From an uncultured archaeon (GTDB lineage Archaea; Asgardarchaeota; Thorarchaeia; Thorarchaeales; Thorarchaeaceae): a stretch of 64,000 bases of DNA. The stretch lies in assembly GCA_964473825.1 (NCBI GenBank), contig CAYYQL010000001.1:32001-96000 (forward strand), given 5' to 3'. The notes under the pieces were generated by a model. That model did no database searches. It was not told the DNA's origin and was given only the letters and a program-made list of their open reading frames with translations. Made by a program: the position numbers and the translations under genes. Shown here in pieces: positions 18,909 to 27,669 of this stretch. Position 1 is the first letter of the stretch; the number at the start of each line of letters is the position of its first letter.

Positions 18909-19631
18909 TTGAACTCCAAGAATGAGTCCACATATATCGTTGAGGCTCAGCCTGTCGAGATTCCGACTCTCTGGATCGACAAGACCAAACACGCTCTCAA
19001 GGAGCTCGAGCGCTTCAAGCGAGAGATAGCGACTCCTGATGACTATCAGACCATCAGGGGCAAGCCGTGGCCCACGAAATCATTCTCTCGAAAGATGGGC
19101 CTGTCGGCCAATCTCCGCGATGAGATTGTAGAGAAAGAGAGAATTGACCGGCAGGACGAGAGCTTTGTGTGGTTTCTAACCGTGAGAGTGACTGCTCCGA
19201 ACGGCCGGTTCTGCACTGCTGTCGGTGCTTGCGACAGTAGGGAGCGGAACTTCAACCACGTAGAGCATGATGTCTTTGCCACTGCCCACACGAGGGCAAA
19301 GAACAGGGCGATTCTGGATATGGTCGGCGGGGGAATGATCTCCGCTGAAGAGATTGAGTCGATTCCTAGTGAAGAGTCGGCCTCGCATGAATCTTCAGCA
19401 ATAGGTAACGAGTCATTATCCGGGGAGAAAATCATCGACACGGTGCAGGGACACGGCCTTGAGACCGATGGAATGGAGGTATCCACGGAGAACGGCCAGC
19501 TCATCGTCCTGCTCAAGGGCTATGTTGGGCGTGACCTCTGGGACCGGTACGACGCAATCATGCGCCAGCTGGGCCTTGCCTATACCAAGCCAGAGGGCAA
19601 GGATAGGGGATTCTGGGGGGTGATTGCTTGA
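18909..19631 (+). CDS. Putative Rad52-superfamily single-strand annealing protein
   Basis: VRVTAPNGR...GAC...ATAHTRAKNRAILDMVG..SAEE resembles the Rad52/SSAP helix motif; upstream of a helicase. Confidence 0.6.
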   Translation: MNSKNESTYIVEAQPVEIPTLWIDKTKHALKELERFKREIATPDDYQTIRGKPWPTKSFSRKMGLSANLRDEIVEKERIDRQDESFVWFLTVRVTAPNGRFCTAVGACDSRERNFNHVEHDVFATAHTRAKNRAILDMVGGGMISAEEIESIPSEESASHESSAIGNESLSGEKIIDTVQGHGLETDGMEVSTENGQLIVLLKGYVGRDLWDRYDAIMRQLGLAYTKPEGKDRGFWGVIA

Positions 19632-21826
19632 CCATCGAAGACCTCGGAGACAGCATCGAGCTAGACGCGAACAACCTCGCAGTGAGGATAGCCCTATCTG
19701 TCGAGCAAGACGGCGGGTTCCTCTTCCACGACGGAGGAGAGCCCTATGTCCACATGGCCGACAACGGTCGGTCTGAGATCACCCACCTTCGCAACGCGCG
19801 TTTCCGCAGTATGCTAACTCATAAGTCGATGAGATATGAGGGGCTACCCGCAGGGAAGGAAACCGTCGAGAACGCAATCCGAATCCTAGAGGCTGTCGCG
19901 CTGTTCAGTAGTCCAGAGATCCGGTTGCATAACCGGGTTGCCATGCAGGACGGGGGTATCTACTTCGACCTCTCAGACATGGGGGGCCGATGTGTACATA
20001 TCACGCCGGACGGCTGGGAGATTGAGAAGGCGCCTATCCTCTTCAGGCGATACAAGCACCAACGCCCGGCGGTCCTTCCAAGCAAGAGCGAGCGTCCCAT
20101 CAAGGAACGACTGGAGAGCTTCTTGGAGCTGGTCAACTATGACCGCGACACCGAGCTCTTGCACCTGGTTGAGCTGGTCTTCAGCTTTGTCCCTGACGTC
20201 CCGCATCCTATCCCGGTTGTGTACGGGCAACAGGGCTCTGCGAAGTCCTCATTCTTCAGAGTCTGGGGTCGCCTGGTTGACCCCTCAGACCTTGAGGATG
20301 CGGTGCTTCCGCGCAAGGAGGTCGAGATGATCCAGAAGCTGGAGCACCACTGGTTTCTTGCTTTTGATAACGTTTCTAAGCTGTGGGAGTGGCAATCTGA
20401 CGATCTGTGTCGCGCAGCCACCGGCACCGGGTTCTCAAAGCGCAAGCTCTACAGTGACGATGAGGATATCATCTATAAGTACAAGAGAGTCGTGGGACTC
20501 AATGGTATCAATGTCGCAGCCGAGAGACCGGACCTTCTGGACCGGTCGATACTGCATGAGTTCCCCGAGATACCCCTAGAGGACCGGATGGAAGAGCGCG
20601 AGATCTGGGAGAGGTTCGAACGGGCTGCACCTGATATCATGGGTGCAATCTTTGACGCACTCTCTGAGGCATTACGAATACTGCCTACTGTAAATCTTAC
20701 CGGCCTCTACCGAATGGCGGACTTCACACGGTGGGGTTGTGCCATAGCCGAGGCCATTGGCTACAGCCAACAGGACTTTCTGAATGAGTATTGCAACAAC
20801 ATCAACACGCAGAACACGGAGGCCTTGGAGAACAACCCGGTCGGTACTGCAGTACTGTCGTTCTGGAATAGCCTGGACCTGATTGACGAACGGTGGAGAA
20901 ATACCCCGACCCAGGCGTACCAGACCCTGACAAAACACGCCGAGGGACTCGATATCAAGGTGTCCGGGAAGGACTGGCCGAAGAGCCCCGCAGCCATGAG
21001 TCGGGAACTAAACCGCCTCAAGACGAACCTCAAGAAGGAGGGGATCCTGTTCGAACGGCCACGAGAGGGGAATGTCCGATACTGGCAACTGAGCCCCGTA
21101 GAAGGTTCCGAGTATGTCGTCACAGTCGTCATGTCGTCACAGAGCAGCGCAGAAGGCGAAATTCCGCCTTCTAACGATGACGATACTTGTGACGATATTA
21201 GCGATACCCGAGAATGTCGTCATAATGTCGTCACCGAGAACGGGCCCGAAACGGCCTCTCCTGATGATTGTGACGCTGTGACGACAATGACGATAAAGTC
21301 GGAAACACTTGGGGGCACCCCGGAAGAGCTCAGAGCCTTCGTGGGTAAGGACCAGTACTCAGTCAGGTTCCTGATAGGTCGCGGTTTCAGCCTTGGAACG
21401 ATGCAGGAGCTACACAGTCAGGGACGAGGAGAGATCGTCAGGGTCGGATCTGGTGAGATACACTTCAGACTGACAGAGAATGGCCGTCAACAGCCTTGTG
21501 AACCGGAGACGCGGTCGCGTCAACCACTACTGAATAGCGCCGGGAACCCAGATCATGACGGTCAAACGGCGGACGTGGACAACCCGGGGATCTCGAGCAC
21601 CACACCCAGACTCTTCGAGCAATTTCTCGACTGGCTCAAGGCTCACGGCCTCGATATGCGAGGTAAGGCGATCACGCGACAGGAGATAGAGGCCTTCTGG
21701 CATGGCCCAGATAAGCAGCTGCATGACTGGATGTTCAAGGCACTCGATGAAAACTACATTAGAGAAGTGGAACCCGGCGTCTATTGCTGGGACACCCGGG
21801 CAACGCGGGAGGGGGTGGTCTCCTGA
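19628..21826 (+). CDS. P-loop ATPase / putative replicative helicase (SF3/Cch-like) with C-terminal wH domain
   Basis: Walker A GQQGSAKS, Walker B LAFDN, RKLYSD, LNGI, DLLDR. Confidence 0.75.
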   Translation: MTIEDLGDSIELDANNLAVRIALSVEQDGGFLFHDGGEPYVHMADNGRSEITHLRNARFRSMLTHKSMRYEGLPAGKETVENAIRILEAVALFSSPEIRLHNRVAMQDGGIYFDLSDMGGRCVHITPDGWEIEKAPILFRRYKHQRPAVLPSKSERPIKERLESFLELVNYDRDTELLHLVELVFSFVPDVPHPIPVVYGQQGSAKSSFFRVWGRLVDPSDLEDAVLPRKEVEMIQKLEHHWFLAFDNVSKLWEWQSDDLCRAATGTGFSKRKLYSDDEDIIYKYKRVVGLNGINVAAERPDLLDRSILHEFPEIPLEDRMEEREIWERFERAAPDIMGAIFDALSEALRILPTVNLTGLYRMADFTRWGCAIAEAIGYSQQDFLNEYCNNINTQNTEALENNPVGTAVLSFWNSLDLIDERWRNTPTQAYQTLTKHAEGLDIKVSGKDWPKSPAAMSRELNRLKTNLKKEGILFERPREGNVRYWQLSPVEGSEYVVTVVMSSQSSAEGEIPPSNDDDTCDDISDTRECRHNVVTENGPETASPDDCDAVTTMTIKSETLGGTPEELRAFVGKDQYSVRFLIGRGFSLGTMQELHSQGRGEIVRVGSGEIHFRLTENGRQQPCEPETRSRQPLLNSAGNPDHDGQTADVDNPGISSTTPRLFEQFLDWLKAHGLDMRGKAITRQEIEAFWHGPDKQLHDWMFKALDENYIREVEPGVYCWDTRATREGVVS
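21116..21294. repeat. Intragenic heptamer array (GTCGTCA / TGACGAY), candidate iteron origin
   Basis: About 10 copies in two facing sets, plus hairpin AGAAGGCG...CGCCTTCT at 21151-21172. Confidence 0.6.
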
Positions 21827-21886
21827 TGTCTGCGGCAGAGAAGGAGAGTCTCAAGCCTCTTGTCCGCGCAAAGGGGATTGAGAAAC

Positions 21887-22612
21887 CTACTTGGGATCCA
21901 GACCATCCCGTCCATGTCGTTCGAGGGGATCTACATACATGGCTTCTTCGAGTTTCCAAATCCTAGAGAATTGCTGCTCTAGATGCGCCTGGTATTGAAT
22001 GAAGAACCACTCAAGGTATCTGTCAAGATCGTGACGTCGTATCAGTTTCTTGACAACAAACTGTGCCTCAAGCGGAACCAGATTCTCCTTTGCCAGATCT
22101 GAATGCCACGGTGGCAATCTCGCGGGAGGAATCACCAAGTATGTGAGGAAGGTTCGCTCAAAAGCGTCTTGATATACTTCTTGGTCTGCGAGTTCCTCGG
22201 GATACTCTCCCTCCCAGTGAATCATCCGTTTGACGGTGATCTGTAGCACATGTAGCACATCAGAGAGCATCAGTGTAATTGTAGCCTCGTTCCCCGGACC
22301 GATCGAGTTGAAGACAGCAAATACACGCGGGAAAAGACCCTTCCAATGGTCGGCCAGTAGTATAGTTGCAGGATTATCGCTGATTGCCAATGCATGAATT
22401 AGGCCTCGATGTGTCAAGGAGAGAAGGTCAGATGGGTGAGTATGGGGCTGCAAATCATGGACTCCGTAATCACCGGTTACCAATTTCTTCTCTTTGAGCA
22501 ATCCCGCTGCTCGGGAGGCATTAGACACGCCACCCATTCGATTCCCAATAGAAGACCCCTGAAGGGCCAGATGTAGCAGCATGGCCTTCTCGTCCTTTGT
22601 TTTATCATACAT
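21887..22612 (-). CDS. Hypothetical protein with probable N-terminal winged HTH (repressor-like position)
   Basis: 241 aa; LKEKKLV...LSLTHRGL wing motif; divergent from an RHH gene. Confidence 0.6.
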   Translation of the reverse strand: MYDKTKDEKAMLLHLALQGSSIGNRMGGVSNASRAAGLLKEKKLVTGDYGVHDLQPHTHPSDLLSLTHRGLIHALAISDNPATILLADHWKGLFPRVFAVFNSIGPGNEATITLMLSDVLHVLQITVKRMIHWEGEYPEELADQEVYQDAFERTFLTYLVIPPARLPPWHSDLAKENLVPLEAQFVVKKLIRRHDLDRYLEWFFIQYQAHLEQQFSRIWKLEEAMYVDPLERHGRDGLDPK

Positions 22613-22689
22613 TAGAAGTTATACACCTCGCGCCTTACTTCTGTAGAGCATCTAACTGGTTAATAATACTTACTGCATGGCTTGTATTC

Positions 22690-22899
22690 ATGAAAGATAG
22701 TATTGTCACGAGCTTTCGCTTGTCTAGGGATACTCACAGTCTGGTTTCTCAGGTGTGTGAGAGCAGGAGCGAAACCCTGGGCACTTTCATCCGCAGAGCA
22801 ATTCTGAAAGAACTCGCGAATCTGAGTTTTCTCCCCGATGAGCAGAAGAAGGCTCTGGGTATCGAAGTCCCAGACGAGGCGTCTACAGGAGGGCAGTGA
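22690..22899 (+). CDS. Ribbon-helix-helix protein
   Basis: VTSFRLSRDTHSLV...TLGTFIRRAILKEL. Confidence 0.8.
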   Translation: MKDSIVTSFRLSRDTHSLVSQVCESRSETLGTFIRRAILKELANLSFLPDEQKKALGIEVPDEASTGGQ

Positions 22900-22902
22900 T
22901 CT

Positions 22903-23217
22903 GTGGATGCCTACAACGAGGCCAACCTAGCGGTGCTCCGCGAGAAAGCAGAACTTGCAGACCAGAGAGCCGAGGAGGTCCAACGTCTTCAGCAACAGAT
23001 CATCCGCATGGCAGCAACCAACAATACTCTCGAGAGCGAGCTCAAGGCTCTTCGCAAGAATGCTGAGCTCCTGGCGGTCGAAGATGCTTGGATCCGGGAC
23101 GGCTCATCGGCCTATGACTTCTGTGGCTGCGGCGGCAAGAAGAAGACCTGCTATGAGATCATCATGACGGAGTGCCTGGAATGCGGAGAGGAGATCCGGG
23201 CCTTTCCCGATGAGTAG
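22903..23217 (+). CDS. Coiled-coil plus zinc-ribbon protein
   Basis: Heptad-rich N-terminus; CGC...CLEC; GGAGG RBS. Confidence 0.7.
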   Translation: MDAYNEANLAVLREKAELADQRAEEVQRLQQQIIRMAATNNTLESELKALRKNAELLAVEDAWIRDGSSAYDFCGCGGKKKTCYEIIMTECLECGEEIRAFPDE

Positions 23218-23228
23218 GGGGAGAGAGA

Positions 23229-23366
23229 GTGAATAACACAGCTGAGACCCCGATGCGGGATCTTGTTCTGCAGATCATGAGAGAGACCCGAAAGCAGTGC
23301 AGCCGAGAGGAGTTCCAGGAGCTGCTAGACGAGTTTGAGACCATGCTCGACGAGGTCGAGGAATAG
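23229..23366 (+). CDS. Small acidic hypothetical protein (45 aa; not in ORF track)
   Basis: Purine-rich RBS; fills the operon gap; MNNTAETPMRDLVLQIMRE...DEVEE*. Confidence 0.55.
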   Translation: MNNTAETPMRDLVLQIMRETRKQCSREEFQELLDEFETMLDEVEE

Positions 23367-23382
23367 GAGGTCTTGCACACGC

Positions 23383-23619
23383 ATGAGTAATGACATCATC
23401 GAACGCCTAGACTTTGACCCCGGCGACTGGAACTACATCAAGTCGCGAGAAGACCTGATTGAGGAGCTTCGCGACTACAAGCGCGAGTTCCAGATCAATG
23501 AGTGGACTGAGGAAACGATCAGCCACTTCCTGCAGCTCAAGGACTGGCTCATCAGCCAGGGCCCACATCTGCGACATATCAGGACCCTCTACACGATCCT
23601 GTCGGAGGTCGACCTCTAG
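23383..23619 (+). CDS. Hypothetical protein
   Basis: AGGAGG RBS; abuts the helicase start. Confidence 0.65.
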   Translation: MSNDIIERLDFDPGDWNYIKSREDLIEELRDYKREFQINEWTEETISHFLQLKDWLISQGPHLRHIRTLYTILSEVDL

Positions 23620-25329
23620 ATGCCGGAGATAACGGACAAGCGAATACTGAGTATTCCTGCAGATGTACGAAAATTCGTAGATGTGGAAAGGTGCCAGAGT
23701 ATTCCTTCTTCTGTCTACCCTGTCTCCGAGGACTTGCCGGAAATCTCTCTGGATGAGGTCGCCGACGTACTTAGCTCCACAATTGCCAAGGACTGGACCA
23801 CAAAACTCGTCACCTTTATGGTCCTGTTGCTGACCTACACACACGAGGATCAGACAGGAATTCTCTATCAGGCTGGGTCCAGCACCGGCAAGTCACATAA
23901 TGCACTTGAAGTCACAAAGGGATACTTCCCGGCAGAGGATGTTATTAAGAAGGACTATGCCTCTCCAACTGCGTTCTTTCACAAGCAGACTGAGCTATGC
24001 GTTCGCAGCCGCGACGACTGTTTCTATCCTGTCCTCTCGAAGCGAGAGTATGTCAATCGCCAGATGCAAGAGTGGGATAAGGCAAATCCCAAACCAGAAG
24101 AACGGGGAGAGAAGACAGAGCACAGAAACCATCGGAATGCTGCGAAGGGGAGGTTCGCCGACGAGTGGGATAGCCTAGAGAAAGTGTGGTTCTGGGATTT
24201 ATCACGTAGAATTCTTCTCTTCAAAGATATGCCTCATGACCTGGTTTTGGCGAATCTGAGACCTTTGATTTCGAAAGACGAGCAATACTTTGAAGCAGAT
24301 ATCACGGACAAGAGTACATCTGGGCAACATGCCACTAAGACCATCGTTCTGAAGGGTTTCTCTACCTTCCTCTTCTGTTCTGCGTCATACTCTCAGGATG
24401 AGCAGGAACGCACACGATTCTTTCTACTTAGTCCCGAGGTCCAGAGTGAGAAAATCAAGGCGGGAGTCAGAATGGCAATTCAGCGTTCCTGCAATCGCCC
24501 TAGATTCGAGGGGAATATTAGAAAAGATGAGAGGAGGGCAGCACTTCGAGAGCGTGTTCTCAGCATTCGCGCAGCATCTATCACAGACGTAATCATTCCT
24601 GATGACCTCACGCAAGAGATTGAGAACAGAATCTTCGACGAACATGATAGCCTGCAACCACGTCTCATGCGAGATGCCCCCAGGATGATTGCCCTTATGA
24701 AAGCTCACGCACTTCTGAACTTCTCGAACCGGCAACAGAGAAACGGCATCATCGTAGCGACGGAGCGCGATGTCCAGGTTGGCTACGAGCTCTATAGACC
24801 CATTGCTGAAGCAAACGAGAGAGGAGTACCGCCTCAGGTCTATGACTTCTACGAGAAGCGACTAGAACCTTCGATTAGGGCCAAAGCAGAAGAGGACGGT
24901 ATCCAGGGAATCTCCAGAAAGGACTTTGTCCGTCTCTGGTTTGATGAATTCAATGAGCAGATTGGCTACAAACGCATGGTAGAGATTCTCCATCTCATGG
25001 ACAACGCCGGACTTGCATCTGAGAGAGAGAATCCAGCAGACAAGCGCGAGAAGCTGATATATATCCCTGGGGGTGGGGTAGAATCTGCACAAAAAGAAGC
25101 AATGCCTTCAGCGCCTTTTGACAGGTTTCTCTCATGGCTGATCACTCATGGTCTGGATATGCGAGGTAAGACGGTCTCGAGGGCTGAGATCGCCTCAGCA
25201 TGGGAAGAGTCTGATGAGAAGCTGAATGACTACCTCTTCAAGGCCCTGGACGAGGAATACCTGAGAGAGACCGAACCAGGCGTCTATCACTGGGGGTCGA
25301 GAGCCACGAAAGAGGGAATCGTGGACTGA
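23620..25329 (+). CDS. Divergent MCM-like AAA+ helicase with C-terminal wH domain
   Basis: Walker A GSSTGKS, ILLFKD, arginine finger RTRF, sensor-2 R in MRDAPR, MCM-like AHALL..ATERDV. Confidence 0.7.
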   Translation: MPEITDKRILSIPADVRKFVDVERCQSIPSSVYPVSEDLPEISLDEVADVLSSTIAKDWTTKLVTFMVLLLTYTHEDQTGILYQAGSSTGKSHNALEVTKGYFPAEDVIKKDYASPTAFFHKQTELCVRSRDDCFYPVLSKREYVNRQMQEWDKANPKPEERGEKTEHRNHRNAAKGRFADEWDSLEKVWFWDLSRRILLFKDMPHDLVLANLRPLISKDEQYFEADITDKSTSGQHATKTIVLKGFSTFLFCSASYSQDEQERTRFFLLSPEVQSEKIKAGVRMAIQRSCNRPRFEGNIRKDERRAALRERVLSIRAASITDVIIPDDLTQEIENRIFDEHDSLQPRLMRDAPRMIALMKAHALLNFSNRQQRNGIIVATERDVQVGYELYRPIAEANERGVPPQVYDFYEKRLEPSIRAKAEEDGIQGISRKDFVRLWFDEFNEQIGYKRMVEILHLMDNAGLASERENPADKREKLIYIPGGGVESAQKEAMPSAPFDRFLSWLITHGLDMRGKTVSRAEIASAWEESDEKLNDYLFKALDEEYLRETEPGVYHWGSRATKEGIVD

Positions 25330-25331
25330 GA

Positions 25332-26474
25332 TCAGTCAGACTTCTCTCGTTGCTCCTTCGCGTACGCCTTGGCAAAGGCCTCAGCAAAGCTCTGCATGAG
25401 CTCGGGGTCTTCCTTGATCTGTGAAACGATCATCTGACCCGCGGAGTCAGTCGCGAGAGCCTTGTCCTGCAGCGTGTTGCAGTTGGGACAGTACTGCGAG
25501 TCTGCGCCGATTATGAAACCACAGTTCCAGCACTTGACCCTCTTCTTGACCTCGCGTTCCTGGACAATCCCAAGCGCCTCAAGCTCCTCCCTCTCATAGT
25601 CCTGGTCGAAGTACTGATGGTAGTGCTGCTCGAACACTTTTGAGTCCCGGGTATGCCCAAGCCTTCTCCTGATTGCGGAGTCCGTCAGAAGATCCTCATT
25701 CTTCCAGTGGGTTGAGGCCGACTTTCTGAACAGCGTTGCGTAGAGCTCCATGCCAAGGACTCTGCTTGCCCGCCGGTAGGCATCCGAGATATCGTGGGGT
25801 TGGATCCTGTTCCCCTTGCCATTGACAAAGAGTGGGCCGGTTCCCTTATGCGTTCGATAGTAGAACTGGAACCATTGAAGCCCTAGCTCGGTGATCATCC
25901 GCAGGGCTCGAGTCTTGGTCTTGGAGTCCTGGATGTGAAGGACATAGCCATGCTGGTCCCTGATCACGTCGTCATAGTCCAGGCTACAGAGCTCGGACGG
26001 TCTCATGCCGGTGTCCCAGAGGACTGCAGTTATCGCCTTCCAGACATGGGTGTAGTGATAGTCAATCACTCGTTCCACGTCCTCAGGAGTCAGGAGGTCC
26101 TTTGCCGTCTTGACTCGCCTGGCAGTCCTGGACCGGGACTTGAGCATGTCTTTGTAGGGCTCTTTGGATGCATCTATCCCGTGGAACCCAAGCCAGTATC
26201 GCAGGCCTTGGGCTGCAGTGTTGAAAGTGTTGTTGGAGACCCTACCCCGCTTGAGCTGATTGCCTCCCTCTGAGAATGTCCTTGAGACCTTGTAGTTGAG
26301 TCGTCTGGTCAGGACTCCCCTGATATCGTCGGGAGAGGGTCTCTTCAGGGGTAGATCGAAGTAGGTCAGTAGAGCCCTGATCGCATCAGTGTTGGTCTTG
26401 ATGGATCTCTCTCGAGCCTGACCACCGACCTCAGCCCGGAGGTAGTCTCCGAATCTGTCCAGTGTTGCCTGCAT
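25332..26474 (-). CDS. int: Tyrosine recombinase/integrase with C-terminal zinc ribbon
   Basis: DTGMRPSEL, SKT, TLFRKS, LGH, HYHQY; CWNC...CPNC; 70 bp from attR. Confidence 0.93.
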   Translation of the reverse strand: MQATLDRFGDYLRAEVGGQARERSIKTNTDAIRALLTYFDLPLKRPSPDDIRGVLTRRLNYKVSRTFSEGGNQLKRGRVSNNTFNTAAQGLRYWLGFHGIDASKEPYKDMLKSRSRTARRVKTAKDLLTPEDVERVIDYHYTHVWKAITAVLWDTGMRPSELCSLDYDDVIRDQHGYVLHIQDSKTKTRALRMITELGLQWFQFYYRTHKGTGPLFVNGKGNRIQPHDISDAYRRASRVLGMELYATLFRKSASTHWKNEDLLTDSAIRRRLGHTRDSKVFEQHYHQYFDQDYEREELEALGIVQEREVKKRVKCWNCGFIIGADSQYCPNCNTLQDKALATDSAGQMIVSQIKEDPELMQSFAEAFAKAYAKEQREKSD

Positions 26475-26543
26475 TGAATCACCAGGATACCAAGGACAAC
26501 GGTCTCAGATAAGTCTTTCATGTTCAGGTTTAGTTATGTCTTA

Positions 26544-26553
26544 TCTGGTACAT
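26544..26553 (+). repeat. attR core TCTGGTACAT
   Basis: Identical to 10308-10317. Confidence 0.9.
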
Positions 26554-26743
26554 GGATTGGTTCTGGATACCCTTCTATCCAGCCGTGACATCGGGGAGGG
26601 ATCTCATGATTAACTCTGGCATCTTTTCTCTTGAAGCTGTGAACACTCAAGGCATAATTGACGTCTTGGCCATGTTACAGATTGCCCTCTATCCTCTCTG
26701 GGTCATCTTAGGCACGCAGGCCTATCGGCGGCATAATCGTTAG
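26544..26743 (+). pseudogene. 3' half of the disrupted host membrane-protein gene
   Basis: WY-MDWFWIPFYP...YRRHNR* continues the 10145 frame across the att site. Confidence 0.85.
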
Positions 26744-27071
26744 GTCTTAGCTAAGTGCTCTTCAGATTGCCGCCCCGACACAGTGCGTACAACAGCGTCA
26801 TCTGACGATAGACACTCGATAGACTTGTGACATCCGCTCCTATTGAGATGAAATACATCAACAATCGGTGTATCAGATGATCTGGATAAAGAAGAAACAA
26901 TACCAGGCCTGTCCCGGGTTACACCAATTCAACTATTGGTGACGGCATAAGAGTACTGCGCCCAGAAGAGCTAGCTCATATTCAATAATACTAATTAGGT
27001 CAGAATCCGAGCTCTGTTATGCGCAACGGGACACATTCGATTAGAAGGTAGAAAAGGATTCTCTAAGGTGA

Positions 27072-27578
27072 ATGACGAAAATGCAGGATAACACCGACCT
27101 ACTGGAGGGACCCATTGTCAGGCTCTTCGCAAAGCTCTCAGAATGGGTTGGATTGTCAGACAATATCGCACCAGCGGCAGCATCTCTCTTTCTCCAGAGA
27201 TATGGAGACGAAAAGCCGTTGGGTTCTGAAGACATCTGTGAGATCACGGGCTACTCAAGAGCGAATGCAGGCCTAATCATATCTCAACTAGAGGCACTTG
27301 GTGTCATCAGTGGTCAGAGGGACTATCAACAGACAGGTCGGGGACGTAAACGCCTGCTATACAAAACTGACATGAACATTGAAGGATTCTTCGCACTGGG
27401 TGTAGAGAGGGTTGTTGATCAACTTCAGTCTATGCTGAGCGATATTGATGCAGTAGAAGAAGAATTCGGCGAAAAGGACAAGCGCCTACTCAAGATGATG
27501 AAAGAATTGAGGGATGAGATTGAAAATAATCTGGCTATTTTCAAGGAGCTCCCAGCAGTTCAATCGACACCAGCATAG
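27072..27578 (+). CDS. GbsR/MarR-type HTH transcriptional regulator
   Basis: SEDICEITGYSRANAGLIISQLEALG HTH, GRGRKRLLY wing, coiled-coil tail. Confidence 0.8.
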   Translation: MTKMQDNTDLLEGPIVRLFAKLSEWVGLSDNIAPAAASLFLQRYGDEKPLGSEDICEITGYSRANAGLIISQLEALGVISGQRDYQQTGRGRKRLLYKTDMNIEGFFALGVERVVDQLQSMLSDIDAVEEEFGEKDKRLLKMMKELRDEIENNLAIFKELPAVQSTPA

Positions 27579-27669
27579 CGTCCAAGTCCTCATCCGAACA
27601 ACTAACATGCATTCAGAGAGTAGGCTTTCAGAAGAAAGAAGTAGGGGGAGAGTGTCCCCCATGCAGTGA

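Larger units (their letters stand above)
10308..26553. mobile_element. Integrated mobile element (integrative plasmid or defective provirus-like), 16,236 bp when excised
   Basis: 10-bp direct repeats at both ends, integrase next to the right end, helicases, SSAP, RHH regulators, toxin; interrupts a host ORF. Confidence 0.92.

Noticed and set aside
10300-26560. tRNA target or complete provirus
   Set aside because: No tRNA fold at either att site, and no recognisable capsid, portal or terminase
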